A model generated the notes under the pieces. The model was not told where the DNA came from. It was given only the letters and a program-made list of their open reading frames with translations, and made no database searches. From Dendrobates tinctorius (Eukaryota): a stretch of 64,000 nucleotides of DNA. The position numbers and the translations under genes are program-made. The stretch is taken from contig NW_027361684.1 of the NCBI RefSeq assembly GCF_039654945.1, forward strand, positions 31,682,001 to 31,746,000, written 5' to 3'. Below are positions 37,983-51,001 of the stretch, piece after piece (position 1 is the stretch's first letter; each line of letters begins with the position of its first letter).

Positions 37983-38974
37983 TTATATCCGGCCATAAAA
38001 TTAACTGCTTCTTGTGTATATACCCAACATATACAAAAGCAGTCTCCCTGAACTTTTTTTTTTCTTCTTCTGACTGAGCTGATTTTTAGCCTGAACACCT
38101 GTTGCAGTGCACAGCCTGGAAGATCTCTCTCATTTTCTTGGACAACTATGCGGCAGTCTGGAGTCTTCAGGGAGAGAGCTGCACCTCAGAGATCCATGCT
38201 CCTGGCACGTCGACCTCTGGGCAACTACTCTGGCTATGGTTGCCCAGAGGTTCAGGTATTGCCCGCAGATGCGGCTAAAGTTTTATTACCCATTTCAGTT
38301 TCATGTGGTCAGAAATCGCTGTGTTTAAACGCGTATGTGGATAGTGGTTCTGAAGGAAATTTTATGGATTCCTTGACTGCTAGGAATTTGGGTGTAACTC
38401 TACTAAAACTTAATGCCCCTATTAAAACCACGGCTATTAATGGCACGTCCATTATTCAGGAGGGGGTTAAGTTTGTTACTGCCAAGGTTGCCATGTCTGT
38501 GGGAGCCTTACACACTGAGCTGGTGTCATTTTTTGTGATGGACAATTTAACCTCTGCAGTTATTCTGGGTATGCCATGGCTACGCCAGCACAATCCTGTC
38601 ATCGACTGGCACTTGGGTGACGTTGTACGCTGGAGCCCACAGTGTCAGAAAAATTGCATATCCACTGCAATTGGAATTTCCCACACAGCAATGGCATAAA
38701 GTGAGACTAGGGACTTTTTTTTTTTAAGTGGCGGAGGAATACAGTGCGGAAGGATACCTACCTTCCGTCATTGGATTCCTGCAGCCAGTAGAGAACGGCA
38801 GCATCATCTGATGCTGCAGTTCTCTACTCAAGATCGTCGTGGGACACACTCGTGGACTGCTTCGGATCGTGGGTGAGTATTTTTGTGGTTTGTTATGTTA
38901 ATATTTATTCCGTAGACGACAATGGCTTCGGGGAACAATGTGACAAGTATTGGTAAGTATGTTACTCTATGTTA

Positions 38975-39710
38975 TATGTACTGTATGTCTATGTATGTAT
39001 TGTATGTAGTATGTATGTAGTATATATGTGGTATGTATGTAGCATGTAGTATGTATGTAGTATGTATGTAGCATGTATGTGGTATGTATGTAGCATGTAG
39101 TATGTATGTAGCATGCATGTAGTATATATGTAGCATGTATGTAGTATGTATGTGGTATGTATGTAGCATGTAGTATGTATGTAGCATGCATGTAGTATAT
39201 ATGTAGTATGTATGTAGCATGTAGTATGTATGTAGTATGTAGTATGTATGTAGCATGCATGTAGTATGTATGTAGCATGCATGTAGTATGTATGTAGCAT
39301 GCATGTAGTATGTATGTAGTATGTATGTAGCATGTATGTAGTATGTACGTGGTATGTATGTAGCATGTAGTATGTATGTAGTATGTATGTGGTATGCATG
39401 TAGCATGCATGTAGCATGCATGTAGCATGCATGTAGCATGCATGTAGCATGTATGTAGTATATATGTAGTATGTATGTAGCATGTAGTATGTATGTAGCA
39501 TGCATGTAGTATGTATGTAGCATGTATGTATGTAGCATGCATGTAGTATGTATGTAGCATGTATGTAGTATGTATGTAGCATGTATGTAGTATGTATGTA
39601 GTATGTATGTAGCATGCATGTAGTATGTATGTAGCATGTAGTATGTATGTAGTATATATGTAGTATGTATGTAGCATGTAGTATGTATGTAGCATGTAGT
39701 ATGTATGTAG

Positions 39711-39735
<25 letters not shown>
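38975..39735. repeat. Compound microsatellite (GTAT/GCAT/GTAGTAT/GTAGCAT) plus poly-T
   Basis: About 740 bp built from four short words. Confidence 0.95.
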
Positions 39736-39742
<7 letters not shown>

Positions 39743-39861
39743 AACACATTAGCCGGATGATGGGACTACTACTGTCCCATCATTGGCTAATGTGTCAATC
39801 ACTGTCATGGTAGCAGGCATCGCCCGATGGGACTTGTAGTCCCATCGGACGATGCTTGCAC

Positions 39862-40080
39862 AGACCCCCGGACATCAGCACAGCCCCCCGGCAGGCCGGC
39901 ACAGCCCCCCGGCAGGCCGGTACAGACCCCCACAGGGTGCACAGACCACCGGCAGGCCGGCACAGCCCCCCGGCAGGCCGGTACAGACCCCCACAGGGTG
40001 CACAGACCACCGGCAGGCCGGCACAGCCCCCCGGCAGGCCGGTACAGACCCCGGGCAGGCCGGCAGAGACCCCCGGAAGG
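39862..40080. repeat. GC-rich minisatellite ccggcaggccggcacagcccc with a 61-bp higher-order unit
   Basis: Direct repeats visible in the sequence. Confidence 0.85.
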
Positions 40081-41073
40081 CCCGAAATGACGGCGCATCA
40101 TGATGCGCACACACCGCGCATCATGATGACGTCAGTCTGTCAATCAACTTTGAATTCCGATTCCGATGCCGAATTCCGATATTGAAAAAATATCGGAAGT
40201 CGGTATCGGAATTCCGATACAGCAAGTATCGGCCGATACCCAATACTTGCGGTATCGGAATGCTCAACACTAGTCAGAATGAAAACAGCTACAACACCAC
40301 TAAATACTGAAAGGAATCATGGCAAGTACACCACCACACTCTTATGAACTGTCTAAAATAAAATCTGCTTTTGCTCTGCATAGCAACCAATCACAGTGCA
40401 GCTTTCAGCTCTTATACTACTGAGGTAAAATAGAATCAGTTCTGTGACTGGTTCCTATGGACATCATCACACTGTTATGAACTGTGACAAAGAAAATCTG
40501 TTTTTACTGCCCATAACAACCAATCACAGTGCAGCTTTAATTTCTTATACTTCTGATGTAAAATGAAAGTTATGCTGTGATTTGATACTAGGTACGCCAT
40601 CATACTCTTTGGAAGCTGGGTTAAGAAAATCTTCTCTGCCCACTGCAGCCAATCGCAACACAGCATCCATTAATTTCTACCCAATCTAATGACACCAAAA
40701 TCATCCACCAAAGGTCACGCAAAATGATCAAAGTGTGGTGCAAGAAAAGCCTATGGAGTCAGTGTTTGTGAAAAACTGCACTTGATGGATTTTTTTGACA
40801 TTTTTACTGAGTTTATTGATCAAAAGTATATAAAAATCACCTCTTACTTTTCAAACAATTTTACCCATGCAGACCTGTGTTATTAAAAAAGAACAAAAAA
40901 AACAGAAACAGCTCACCCTTCCCAGACATAATTAAAATTCATAAGCAAATCCTTAAGTGATCACAGTGGTGGTGAACGCAGGAAAAGCACTGAGCAAGGT
41001 CACAGGTATTCATGGTAAAAAGGTCCAAAATAGTTGAATATTCATGACCCATGAAAAAAAGTAAAAAGTGTTA

Positions 41074-41935
41074 CTGTATATACACTCGAGTATAAGTCGA
41101 TCCGAGTATAAGTCGACCCCCCTAATTTTGCCACAAAAAACTGGGAGAACTTATTGACTTGAGTATAAGTCTAGGGTGGGAAATGATCCATAGATTATTC
41201 CCCCATATGGTGTCCCCAGAAGAAGCTCCATAGATTATTCCCCCATATGCTGCCCCCATAAGAAGCTCCTTAGATTATGCCCCCCATATGCTGCCCCCAT
41301 AAGAAGCTCCATAGATGATTCCCCCATATGCTGCCCCCATGCTGCTGCTGCATGTAAAAATAAAAAATGACATACTCACCTCTCCGTCGCTGGGTGTCAG
41401 ATTCTCACCTGTCCTGCGTCCATGGCTGCTCCCCGCTATCTGCCACGTCATCAGTCAGTGACATTCAGACTGCAGGGGGCGCGGCGCGCACTAACCACAT
41501 CACCGCGCCCTCTGCTGTCTGAAGTCACTGACCGATGACAGACACAGACAGGAGCAAGCAGCCATGGACGCAGGACAGGTGAGTATCGCTGTACTTACCC
41601 GTCCTGACGCTGTGTCTTGAGCCCCCAGCTTCTCCACGCTCTCTCTTCCTGCCTTCAGCAGTCATGTGGTACCGCTCATTAAAACTCATGAATATGCGCA
41701 TATTCATGAGTTTTAATGAGCAGCACCACGTGACCGCTGAAGGCAGGAAGAGAGAGCATGGGGTGAAGCTGGGGGCTCAAGACACAGCGTCAGGACGGGT
41801 AAGTATGACCTGACACCCCCACTCCCCCTCCCCCTCCGACCCCCCGGTGTATATGACTCGAATATAAGACGAGAGGGGGACTTTCAGCCCAATTTTTTGG
41901 GCTGAAAATCTCGACATATATTCGAGTATATATGG
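41074..41935. mobile_element. Non-autonomous mariner-like element (C(C/T)GTATATACTCGAGTATAAG-type ends)
   Basis: TA flanks, imperfect TIRs, ~41-bp minisatellite (41188-41340), long hairpin 41595-41805. Confidence 0.75.
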
Positions 41936-42240
41936 TAATTATGATATCATTCAAAACTTAAAATTTTTTGCTTTTACTTATAAACTAGTAAGAATGTGTA
42001 AAAAATCTATATATCATCCGAAACATGTAAGATATCTGGAGTTTTTAGCATTTTTCTTTTTTGTAATTTTTTTTTTAACCATGTCCCAATTAAAGGATAA
42101 TTTTTACTTTTTTTGTAGGTGCTGGATATTATACTTTTTTGGCCTTTCTTCCTCAAACATTGACAAGTTACATCATAGTCAGAATTTCAATGAAGCTTTT
42201 AAGGAGATACCTGGAAGAAGGCTGATATCAGAAAACAATA

Positions 42241-43830
42241 CACTGTATGCAGAATTATTGGGCAATTAAGTATTTTGACTATATCATCATTTTTATGCAG
42301 ATTTTCCATCTCCAAGCTGTAAAAACTTGAATTCTTATTGGATGAAGCAGATCAAGTGATTTATATTTGTACAATATAATGAAGGAAGGTGAAGCCTGAG
42401 GATAAAACACTCTTTTTCAAGGTGGCCAAAATTATTAGGCAGCTTTTTATCCAGTTTGCCAAAATTGAAACATCTACCTATAGAAAGTAAACATTTGTTA
42501 AAAGACTTAAAAGTTTTGTTGCAAATTGTTAGCATTGTCGCAAAAAGTCTTGATAAAAAAGCAACCAGTGACCCATTATCCTCCAGTTCTGTCATATTTC
42601 GGAACTGCAATATTCCTGGAGTATGCCGAAGTACAAGGTGTTCGTTGCTCACAGACATCGCTAGGTAAGGGAGGCTCAAACCAACCACTGAACAAGACAC
42701 AGAAGGTGAAACATCAAGACTGGACCAAGAAATATCTGAAGACAGATTTTTCACAGAATTTGTGGACTGATAAGATGAGAGTGACTCTTGGTGGACCAGA
42801 TCATTGGGCCCATGACTAGATCAGTAAGGGAATGTGCATACGTTGAGTATTTGCTTGCAGAAACTTCTGCAAGTTTTTTTGCATCTCTTGGCAGCAAAAT
42901 TGCTGGGCAAAGTCCACAACGTTTTTGCATGCATTTTTTCCTCTGCATTCAATGAGTGAAAAATGCAGGCAAAACTGCACAAAGAATTGACATGCTTTGG
43001 ATTTCTTGAAAGGGAAAATACTGATCATATGCATAACACTTCAGGATTCTCATTGACTTTGCCGGCATAAAGATTTCCTAGCGTTTTTGAGCTAATTTTG
43101 AGATGAAAAAATGCCTCAAAAACTCACCATGTGTACCTAGCCTAAAAGTCAGAGACCTCCACTGTGACTCTGACACTAGCAAGGTGGAGGTGGGACACTG
43201 CTATGGATTGTTATCAAGATTATCTAGCTGAACCTTTTTGGATTGAAGATGGAATTAAATCAACTCCTGAACCTACTGCCAGTTTTCTGAAGACATTTTC
43301 CTCAAGCAGTGATACAGGAAAAAGTCTGCATCTTTCAAGAAAACCATGATTGTTATGCAGGACAATGCTACATGACAGCATCGAAGTCTCCACTGCTCCG
43401 CTGGGAGTAATGACCTTAAAGATGAAAGAATAATGACATGGCCCCTTCCTCACCTGACCTAAATCTGACCTTGAGAACATGTGGGCGCTTCTTAAATGGA
43501 AGATTTATGGCGAAAGAAAACAGTACACCCTTCTGACCAGTGTCCGGGATACAGTGGTTGGTGCTGCCCAAAAAATTTATTGGAAATAGATTAAAAAAAT
43601 AACAGACTCCACGGATGGATGGTTTATGACTGTTATTAAAAAGAATGAGGGCTGTATTGGTCAGTGCTATTTTTTTATGTATTTTTGTACATTTTGAGTT
43701 GTTTGGTTATTATTCTCATTTTAACAAATGAAAATAAAAAAATTGAGGAACATTGGAACATTTACGTTTTTCATTTAATTGCATAATAATTTTGCACACT
43801 AATAGTTGCCCAATAATTCTGCACACAGCT
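42241..43830 (+). pseudogene. Decayed Tc1 element
   Basis: CACTGTATGCAGAATTATTGGGCAA / TTGCCCAATAATTCTGCACACAG ends; LWTDKMRVTLGGPD, QDNA and WP..SPDLN fragments. Confidence 0.8.
42828..43142. mobile_element. Harbinger-type MITE inside the Tc1 relic
   Basis: TAA TSD; gggaatgtgcatacg / catgtgtacctagcc imperfect TIRs. Confidence 0.6.
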
Positions 43831-46789
43831 ATTCTCTTATGAAAGACAAAATCTCACTATAACTTTCTTATTAATATTCTTGTTTATAAACCTTTTGGAT
43901 TAGATAACCGCATTGTAGTTGTTCAATAATAAAATGAATTATCAAAAATTCAAAATGACTAAAAATCCTCTAGACAGTAGTGCAGAAGTGTGTATTCAAT
44001 TGCACAGTAAATGTAGATAGGACAGACTTTAGAGTTAATATGCTTTTAAATTAGTTTTCTGTCCTTTAAAAAGTCGGTGGCTTATCTGTAGGATAAATTA
44101 TCAATACTAAAATAGTAGGCACTGATTACAGTGGCAGGTTCGTACTTGCCTTCATGGTATTGTTTTTGTAACTGTTCAAGATTTTGCAGCATTGTTCCAT
44201 TTGCTTTAATAAATGTCTCGAACATTGAATAAAAAGGAAAAAATAAGCGCAGGCAAGTACAAGCCAGGTAACAGACGTAAGAGGTCTAATCAAAAAACTG
44301 ATCGGAGATGATGCCGATACTCAGACCTCTACCGATCTAATACTGATAGTTTACACTAAGACCCGGTTCACACAACATTATAAAAAATGGTTCAATTCTC
44401 AGCGAGAAAGATTTTTTTCTCACTTGTTATTCATGTGTAGTAAATTAGTGTATGCTGCAAGTTTTTTCCACATGTAGATTCAGCCAGTGAAAAAAATGCT
44501 CTCATCTGCACTGCCCCCTTGTATACCATTGGTCTGAATGTGGTCTCTTTTTTTAACGGGTCGCACTTGGACTGAATATACAGTTGCGAGCACGAGCCCT
44601 TAGGGTAAGCCATGAATTTTTAAAGCTTTAGGGCATATTGTATTTACTTAGTCAAATTGTTATCGCCCTGAGGAATGTAGTGTACATTGATAATTAACAG
44701 TTCTAATTAATATCAGGCAATAGCAGCACTTTTCACATACTAATGAAATTAATTTTATAACTCAAAATTAGAAACATATTTCCATTTCTTCAGTTCATGT
44801 AAATTAGACCTTTAGTTCTCAAGTAAAACAATGATTCTTCCAGCTGTTGTTATAGACTACAATTGTAGTATCACTGACTATGGCATGAACTAGTTGTGGC
44901 CTAGTTAAAGAAGCACTCCTCCTCCTATCATAGTTTGAAATCATATTATATAGCACGGTGTAGTTACAATGGATCATTTTGCCTTTCTACAGTTATTTCT
45001 CTCTTCTCTGTTCTATGTAGAAGCAGGAAGTCTCTTGACCCTGCAGAAATCATACCCCTTTTCACCTACTGATCCAGCTGCTCTGCTCCTACACCCTGCC
45101 AGGGACTTTTGTGACTCATGAATCATACAGGGAAAATTGACCTCCCGCTTCTACATAGACCTTGGAAGGATTCAGCTAGTTAGTTTTGTAATGATGTGAT
45201 GTCATGGACCTAATGGAAACCGGAAGAATTACCTGGGTAGAAAGCCAAAATGAGCAATTGTAAGTACACAGTGCCAAATAATATGATGACTGCAATATAT
45301 TAAGAGGATAAAAATAATGATGGAAGTGTTTCTTTACCTCCATGGAAGACTGATAAGTCAACGAGACGTTTCATGTTCTGAGTGATTTGAACAATGCATT
45401 TTTGTTATAAGGATTTCACAATAGTAAGGTGACCACACAAGTAGATATTACAATATCTGCTATTGAAATGATTAATGAGATACTAGTTATGTGGAAAGAG
45501 TGGAACTGCTGTCCTTCAGCTACTGGAGGGGAAAACTAAAGATCAGGGTATCCATTGTAATAGATATATATTCACACATGGTATATCTATTTAACACCTT
45601 TGAACACCTATTTTTTATAGTTCATTTGTTTCCTAAATGCAAAGTTAGGCAACTTTTGAAATAGTCTAAAATAGTCTTTATTAAATCATTTTTAGCATCT
45701 TGCCATGGCAGAGTGCCTGTAAGTCTTTTACACAGTTGAGTGCTCTGTAAAAACGATATAAATCTGTCAGAGCTCCAGCTCAGTTGTGAGGGTTCCCTGA
45801 GCTTAACCTCTCCCTTCTCTCAGACCTAGGGATAGCAGAAGGGAGTGGGTTGAACACAGATCTCCACAGTGAGGACACAGGAAAAACTATGCCCAGTCTT
45901 AGGGAGGGCATTCAGAAAAAGCTACAGGAAAGGAGGAAAGCAAAGGTAGAGGAAATAAGTGCAGGATAGAAGATGTGCTGATTTATCAGCTAACAAAGAT
46001 AGCAGCAAACTGGATCCAACCTATATTACTGGGAGTGACATTCCCAAAAGAGTACAATCTGTAACTTGGATGAAGATGCAAACTGCATATCAGGCCATTT
46101 GACATTTATTATTACCAAAAGATAAAGACTATCATACAGTATGTCAAGAGATTTTTTTCAAAGTTAAATTTGTCCTTTAATTATAATTTTGTTTAATTGG
46201 AGAACCTTTCTAACGCAAATGGAGATTAGTCTGTTGTTGTCACGTGGGGCTTAGTCCCACTAAGGCTGTAATACCCGGGGGCCCTGTGATGTCCCTATAA
46301 CTAGGGGAAACCCTGTCTGACCCTCAACCCAGGGTTTTTGCTGATGGTGCAAATGCCTGAGCCTCCAACCGTTCCTTGTCTCCTGCTCAGCCCTGCACTT
46401 AACCCTCCACCCAGTGAGGAGACACACCACCAAAGCCCCCACACAAATAAAGACAGACAGGGAGAACTTAAACTGCACTGCGCCGCACCCACACAGGAAT
46501 ATACAGTAATGTGAACAGGGCACAACTAAACACAAATATGGGAAGGAGAAAGGATAACAATGGATCATACGACACCAGATACGAATCTCTCTCTCTGCAA
46601 CACCTCCACTCCAGACCGGAACCACTTGGTATGAAACACAAGCTATAATCGGCGACGCCCATAGGCCAGCATGACTATTTAAAGACCGTGGGCGTGACTA
46701 ACCATCCAACCTGGTCTCCAGCAGGATTAACCCCCGAGAGCCTGAAGATCAGGCCGGCGCCACTGAGGCTATAGTGGCTGGAGGTGGAA

Positions 46790-49700
46790 CTACCTCTGCC
46801 TGCCGGACGCTGTGGTGTGAACAGCGCCCGACATGACATTACCCCGTCTTCTACGAGGGACCTCCGGACCCTCAAGACTCATAGGACCCGGCTTGTCCGG
46901 ATGACGACGGTGAAAAGAACTGACCAGCCGATCCGCATGTATGTCTGAGGCTGGAACCCAAGACCTCTCCTCCGGACCATACCCCCGCCAGTGCACCAAA
47001 TACTGAAGAGTACGGCGTACTACTCGAGAGTCCACTACCTTGGCGACCTCAAATTCTAAATCGCCATCCACCATGACTGGAGGTGGCATCGGCGTCACGT
47101 CCACAGAGCCTACCACCTTTTTCAATAAAGCTCTGTGAAACACGTTGTGTATCTTGTACACCGCAGGAAGTTCCAACCGATACACCACTGGGTTAATGAT
47201 GGCAGAAATCCTAAAAGGCCCAATAAACCTTGGACCCAGTTTTAAAGATGGAATTTTGAGTCTTATGTTCTTTGTAGCTAACCACACCCATTCACCCACA
47301 CTCAGGTCCGGACCTGGCACACGTCTACTGTCAGCCACCCGTTTGTACCTGGCACTCATGCTCAACAAACGCTGTTTCACCCGCCTCCAGACTGATGACA
47401 AATGGGCTCCTAGCTGATCCTCCTCCGGGACACCCCCCGAGTCACCCTGACGTAAGGTACAAAACTGAGGATGTTGACCGTACACACAAAAGAATGGAGA
47501 CTCTCCCGATGACTCTTGGCGGTGATTATTTAACGCGAATTCGGCCAGAGGAAGGAAAGTAGACCACTCCTCCTGGTTGTCGGACACAAAGCATCGTAAA
47601 TATTGTTCTAGATTTTGGTTCATGCGCTCAGTTTGTCCATTAGACTGTGGATGAAACGCCGATGAATGTGACAACTTGATCCCCAAACGTGAGCAAAAAG
47701 CTTTCCAAAACCTCGCCACAAATTGCGTACCCCTATCAGATACTATGTCCGACGGTACTCCGTGGAGTCTGACCACCTCCTTCACAAATACCTGAGCCAA
47801 CGTCTTAGCATTGGGCAAAGAAGACAACGCCACAAAATGCGCCAACTTTGAAAAACGGTCAACCACCACCAGGATGACCGTGTTGCCCGCCGAGGCTGGC
47901 AAGTCAGTGATGAAATCCATGGAGATTTCTGTCCATGGCCTATTGGGTACCCCCAGAGGCTGTAGCGTGCCAGCAGGACGGGTACGGGGTGACTTAGCCC
48001 TAGCGCACGTGATGCAAGCTGCCACGTATGAGACCACGTCCAGCCGGATTTTGGGCCACCAGAAACGACGCGATACCAGCTCTAAGGTGCCCCTCACCCC
48101 TGGATGACCAGCCAGTACCGAGTCGTGGTGTTCCTTCAACACCTTAAGCCGAAGATGCAGGGGTACAAATGATTTGTTGGCTGGAAGTCCTGGTGGTACC
48201 TCCTCTTGGGCCTCGGCAATCTCCGCCTCTACCTCCGTCGTGAGAGCCGAGACCACTACCCCTTTCTGGAGGATGGGTACCGGCTCTTCCCGAGGTTCTC
48301 CCCCCGGAAAACACCTAGACAAAGCATCCGCCTTGGTGTTTTTAGCCCCGGGACGGTAAGTCACCAGAAAATTGAAATGAGTAAAAAACAATGCCCAGCG
48401 AGCCTGCCTAGGAGACAGACGCTTGGCCGTCTCCAGATAGAGCAGATTCTTATCTTCGGTGATGATTGTGACCTGGTGAGCCGCCCCCTCCAAGAAGTGT
48501 CGCCATTCCTCAAAAGCCAGTTTGATGGCCAACAACTCCCTGTTGCCGATATCATAATTCCGTTCGCCCGGCGACAGCTTCTTGGAGAAGTAGGCGCATG
48601 GATGCATCTCGCTCAAGAACGAGCCTTGAGACAGTACTGCCCCCACTCCCACCTCCGACGCATCAACCTCCACCACAAAAGGTTTAGACACGTCTGGTTG
48701 CACCAGAATGGGGGCTGAAGCAAAACTATTCTTCAGACGCTCAAAGGCACGTATAGCCACCTCAGGCCAGTTCGCCAGATCGGCACCCTTTTTTGTCATG
48801 TCCGTGAGCGGTTTGGCGATAGTCGAAAAGTGTTTTATAAACTTCCTATAATAATTCGCAAACCCAAGGAACTGCTGGAGTGCTTTCAGACTCTCCGGCC
48901 TCTCCCACTGCAGCACCGCTTGCACCTTAGCGGTGTCCATTTTAAACCCGGCTGCGGACACAATATATCCCAAAAAGGGCAACTCCTGGACAAAAAATAA
49001 ACATTTTTCCAGCTTAGCATAGAGCTGGTTCTCCCGGAGCAACTGTAACACCTGCCTGACATGCTCCAAATGAGTGTCCCGATCGCTAGAATAAATGAGG
49101 CTATCATCCAGGTATACAATCACAAATCTCCCCAGGACATGAGCAAATACATCATTAATAAAATGTTGGAAAACGGCAGGCGCGGTGGTCAACCCAAACG
49201 GCATAACCAGACTCTCAAAATGACCCTCAGGAGTGTTAAAGGCCGTCTTCCACTCATCCCCCTGACGGACCCTTATGAGGTTATACGCCCCCCTGAGGTC
49301 CAGCTTGGAAAACCATTTCGCCCCCGCTACCTGGTTGAACAAATCCGGGATTAACGGCATAGGGTAAGGATCACGGATAGTAATCTGGTTTAACTCTCGG
49401 AAATCCAGACACGGGCGTAACCCCCCATCTTTCTTCTTAATGAAGAAAAACCCCGCTGCTACAGGCGAGGATGAAGGCCGGATGTGCTTTGCTCAGACTC
49501 TCCACGATGTAGTCTTTCAGAGCTTGTCTCTCAGGACCAGAAATATTAAACATCCTGGCCTTAGGTAATTTGGCCCCGGGTTTTAACCTGATCGCACAGT
49601 CATAGGCTCTATGTGGAGGCAGTTCTGAGCAACCCTTCTCAGAGAAAACATCCGCGAAATCCTGCAAAGCCTCCGGCAGGCTGGGCGTCACGGCGGACAC

Positions 49701-50138
49701 ACATGTGGCCAAGCAATTGTCTTGGCAAAAACCACTCCATTGTACTATGTCCTGAGTTTTCCAATCAATTACCGGGTTGTGTCTGGACAACCATGGAAAA
49801 CCCAGGACCATTTGTGCTGGGAGATTACGGAGGACCCTACATGTAACCGACTCAGAATGTAGGACCCCAATGTGGAGTTTCACCTCTGCCACAAACTCCG
49901 TAATCTCCCCTTGAGGGAGGGGAACAGCATTAATGGTCACCACCTGTATGGGGTGAGGAAGTTTTTCAATCTTAAACCCGGCGGTGTGTGCAAACTCCTC
50001 ATCTATGAGATTGGTGGCGGAACCGCTATCCACAAACACTGATATTGGTAGCTCTCTGCCCGCGATAACCTTGGCAGGGAGCATACATTGAGATACCATC
50101 ATGGAGGATATGCATACGCTCAGTTGGGTCTCCTCCAT
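46790..50138 (-). pseudogene. pol: pol (protease, RT, RNaseH, integrase, chromodomain), one frameshift near 49490
   Basis: ORFs 49437-50138 (FVDSGS) and 46790-49360 (YLDD, HHCC, DDE, GPF, chromodomain). Confidence 0.93.
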
Positions 50139-50149
50139 ACCCTCTGAGC

Positions 50150-51001
50150 TTAACAGTTTTCCGCCGATGTGACCCTCTTAGGTAGTACCGGGCAAACGTT
50201 AACATAATGACCTCTTTTACCACAGTAGAAACATGCTCCGGACTTCCGGAATCCCGGAGCGCGACGCTTAACCTGTGCCACGCCAGCAATCTGCATAAGT
50301 TCAGGGGACTCATCTACTTCAACCACACTTGCACCTCTGCTTTCCCCCAGAGGTAGCGTCTCCTGTGCCCCCTGACGAAAACGGCGATCAATACGTATCA
50401 CCAAACTCATGGCAGACTCCAACGATGCCGGAGACTCATACATCAGGAGGGCTTGTTTAACCCTCCCTGACACCCCATGCATAAACTGGCTCCGCAGCGC
50501 TGGGTCATTCCACTGTGTGTCTACGGCCCAGCGGCGAAATTCCAAACAATAGTCCTCTGCCAAGCGCTCCCCCTGGCGGAGGGCGTGGATTTTAGATTCC
50601 GCTAGAGCCAGTCGGTCAGGATCATCATAAATGAGTCAGAGGGCAGAAAAAACATTATCAACAGAAAGAAATGTAGTAGAGTCAGCTGGTAAGGAAAATG
50701 CCCATGCTTGGGGGTCACCACTCAGTAATGACAACACCAGCCCTACCCGCTGGGCCTCATTACCTGAGGAGATTGGCCGCATGCGGAAGTATAACTTGCA
50801 GGCCTCCCGAAATACGACAAATTTGCTGCGATCCCCTGAAAAACGTTCTGGTAGCGGAAACTTCGGCTCTGCACCGATACCTGCAGATGCCGTTTGCACC
50901 TTCGCTACTACCAGGCCCTGCTGCTGAACTGCCCCTTTCAACTCGGAGACCTGTAAGGACAGCGCCGCCAACTGGCGGGTTATGGAATCTAATGGATCCA
51001 T
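50150..51001 (-). pseudogene. gag: gag with CCHC knuckle, one in-frame stop at 50636-50638
   Basis: MDPLDS...LPERFSG, then same-frame ...CFYCGKRGHYVNVC. Confidence 0.92.

Larger units (their letters stand above)
32558..38663 (+). mobile_element. Gag-less Ty3/Gypsy chromovirus (Tf1/sushi group), LTR-internal-LTR-internal(truncated)
   Basis: 934-bp TG...CA LTRs at 32558-33491 and 37049-37982 (offset 4491); PPT GGAAGGGGGGG before the second LTR; 37983-38663 repeats 33492-34172. Confidence 0.93.
38664..40272. mobile_element. Non-autonomous hAT element, left end missing
   Basis: Ends ...cggtatcggaatgctcaacacta (TAGTGTTGAGC terminus) with subterminal CCGATAC/TCGG repeats. Confidence 0.65.

Noticed and set aside
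38967-39747. His/Tyr/Thr-rich ORFs
   Set aside because: Translations of a microsatellite.
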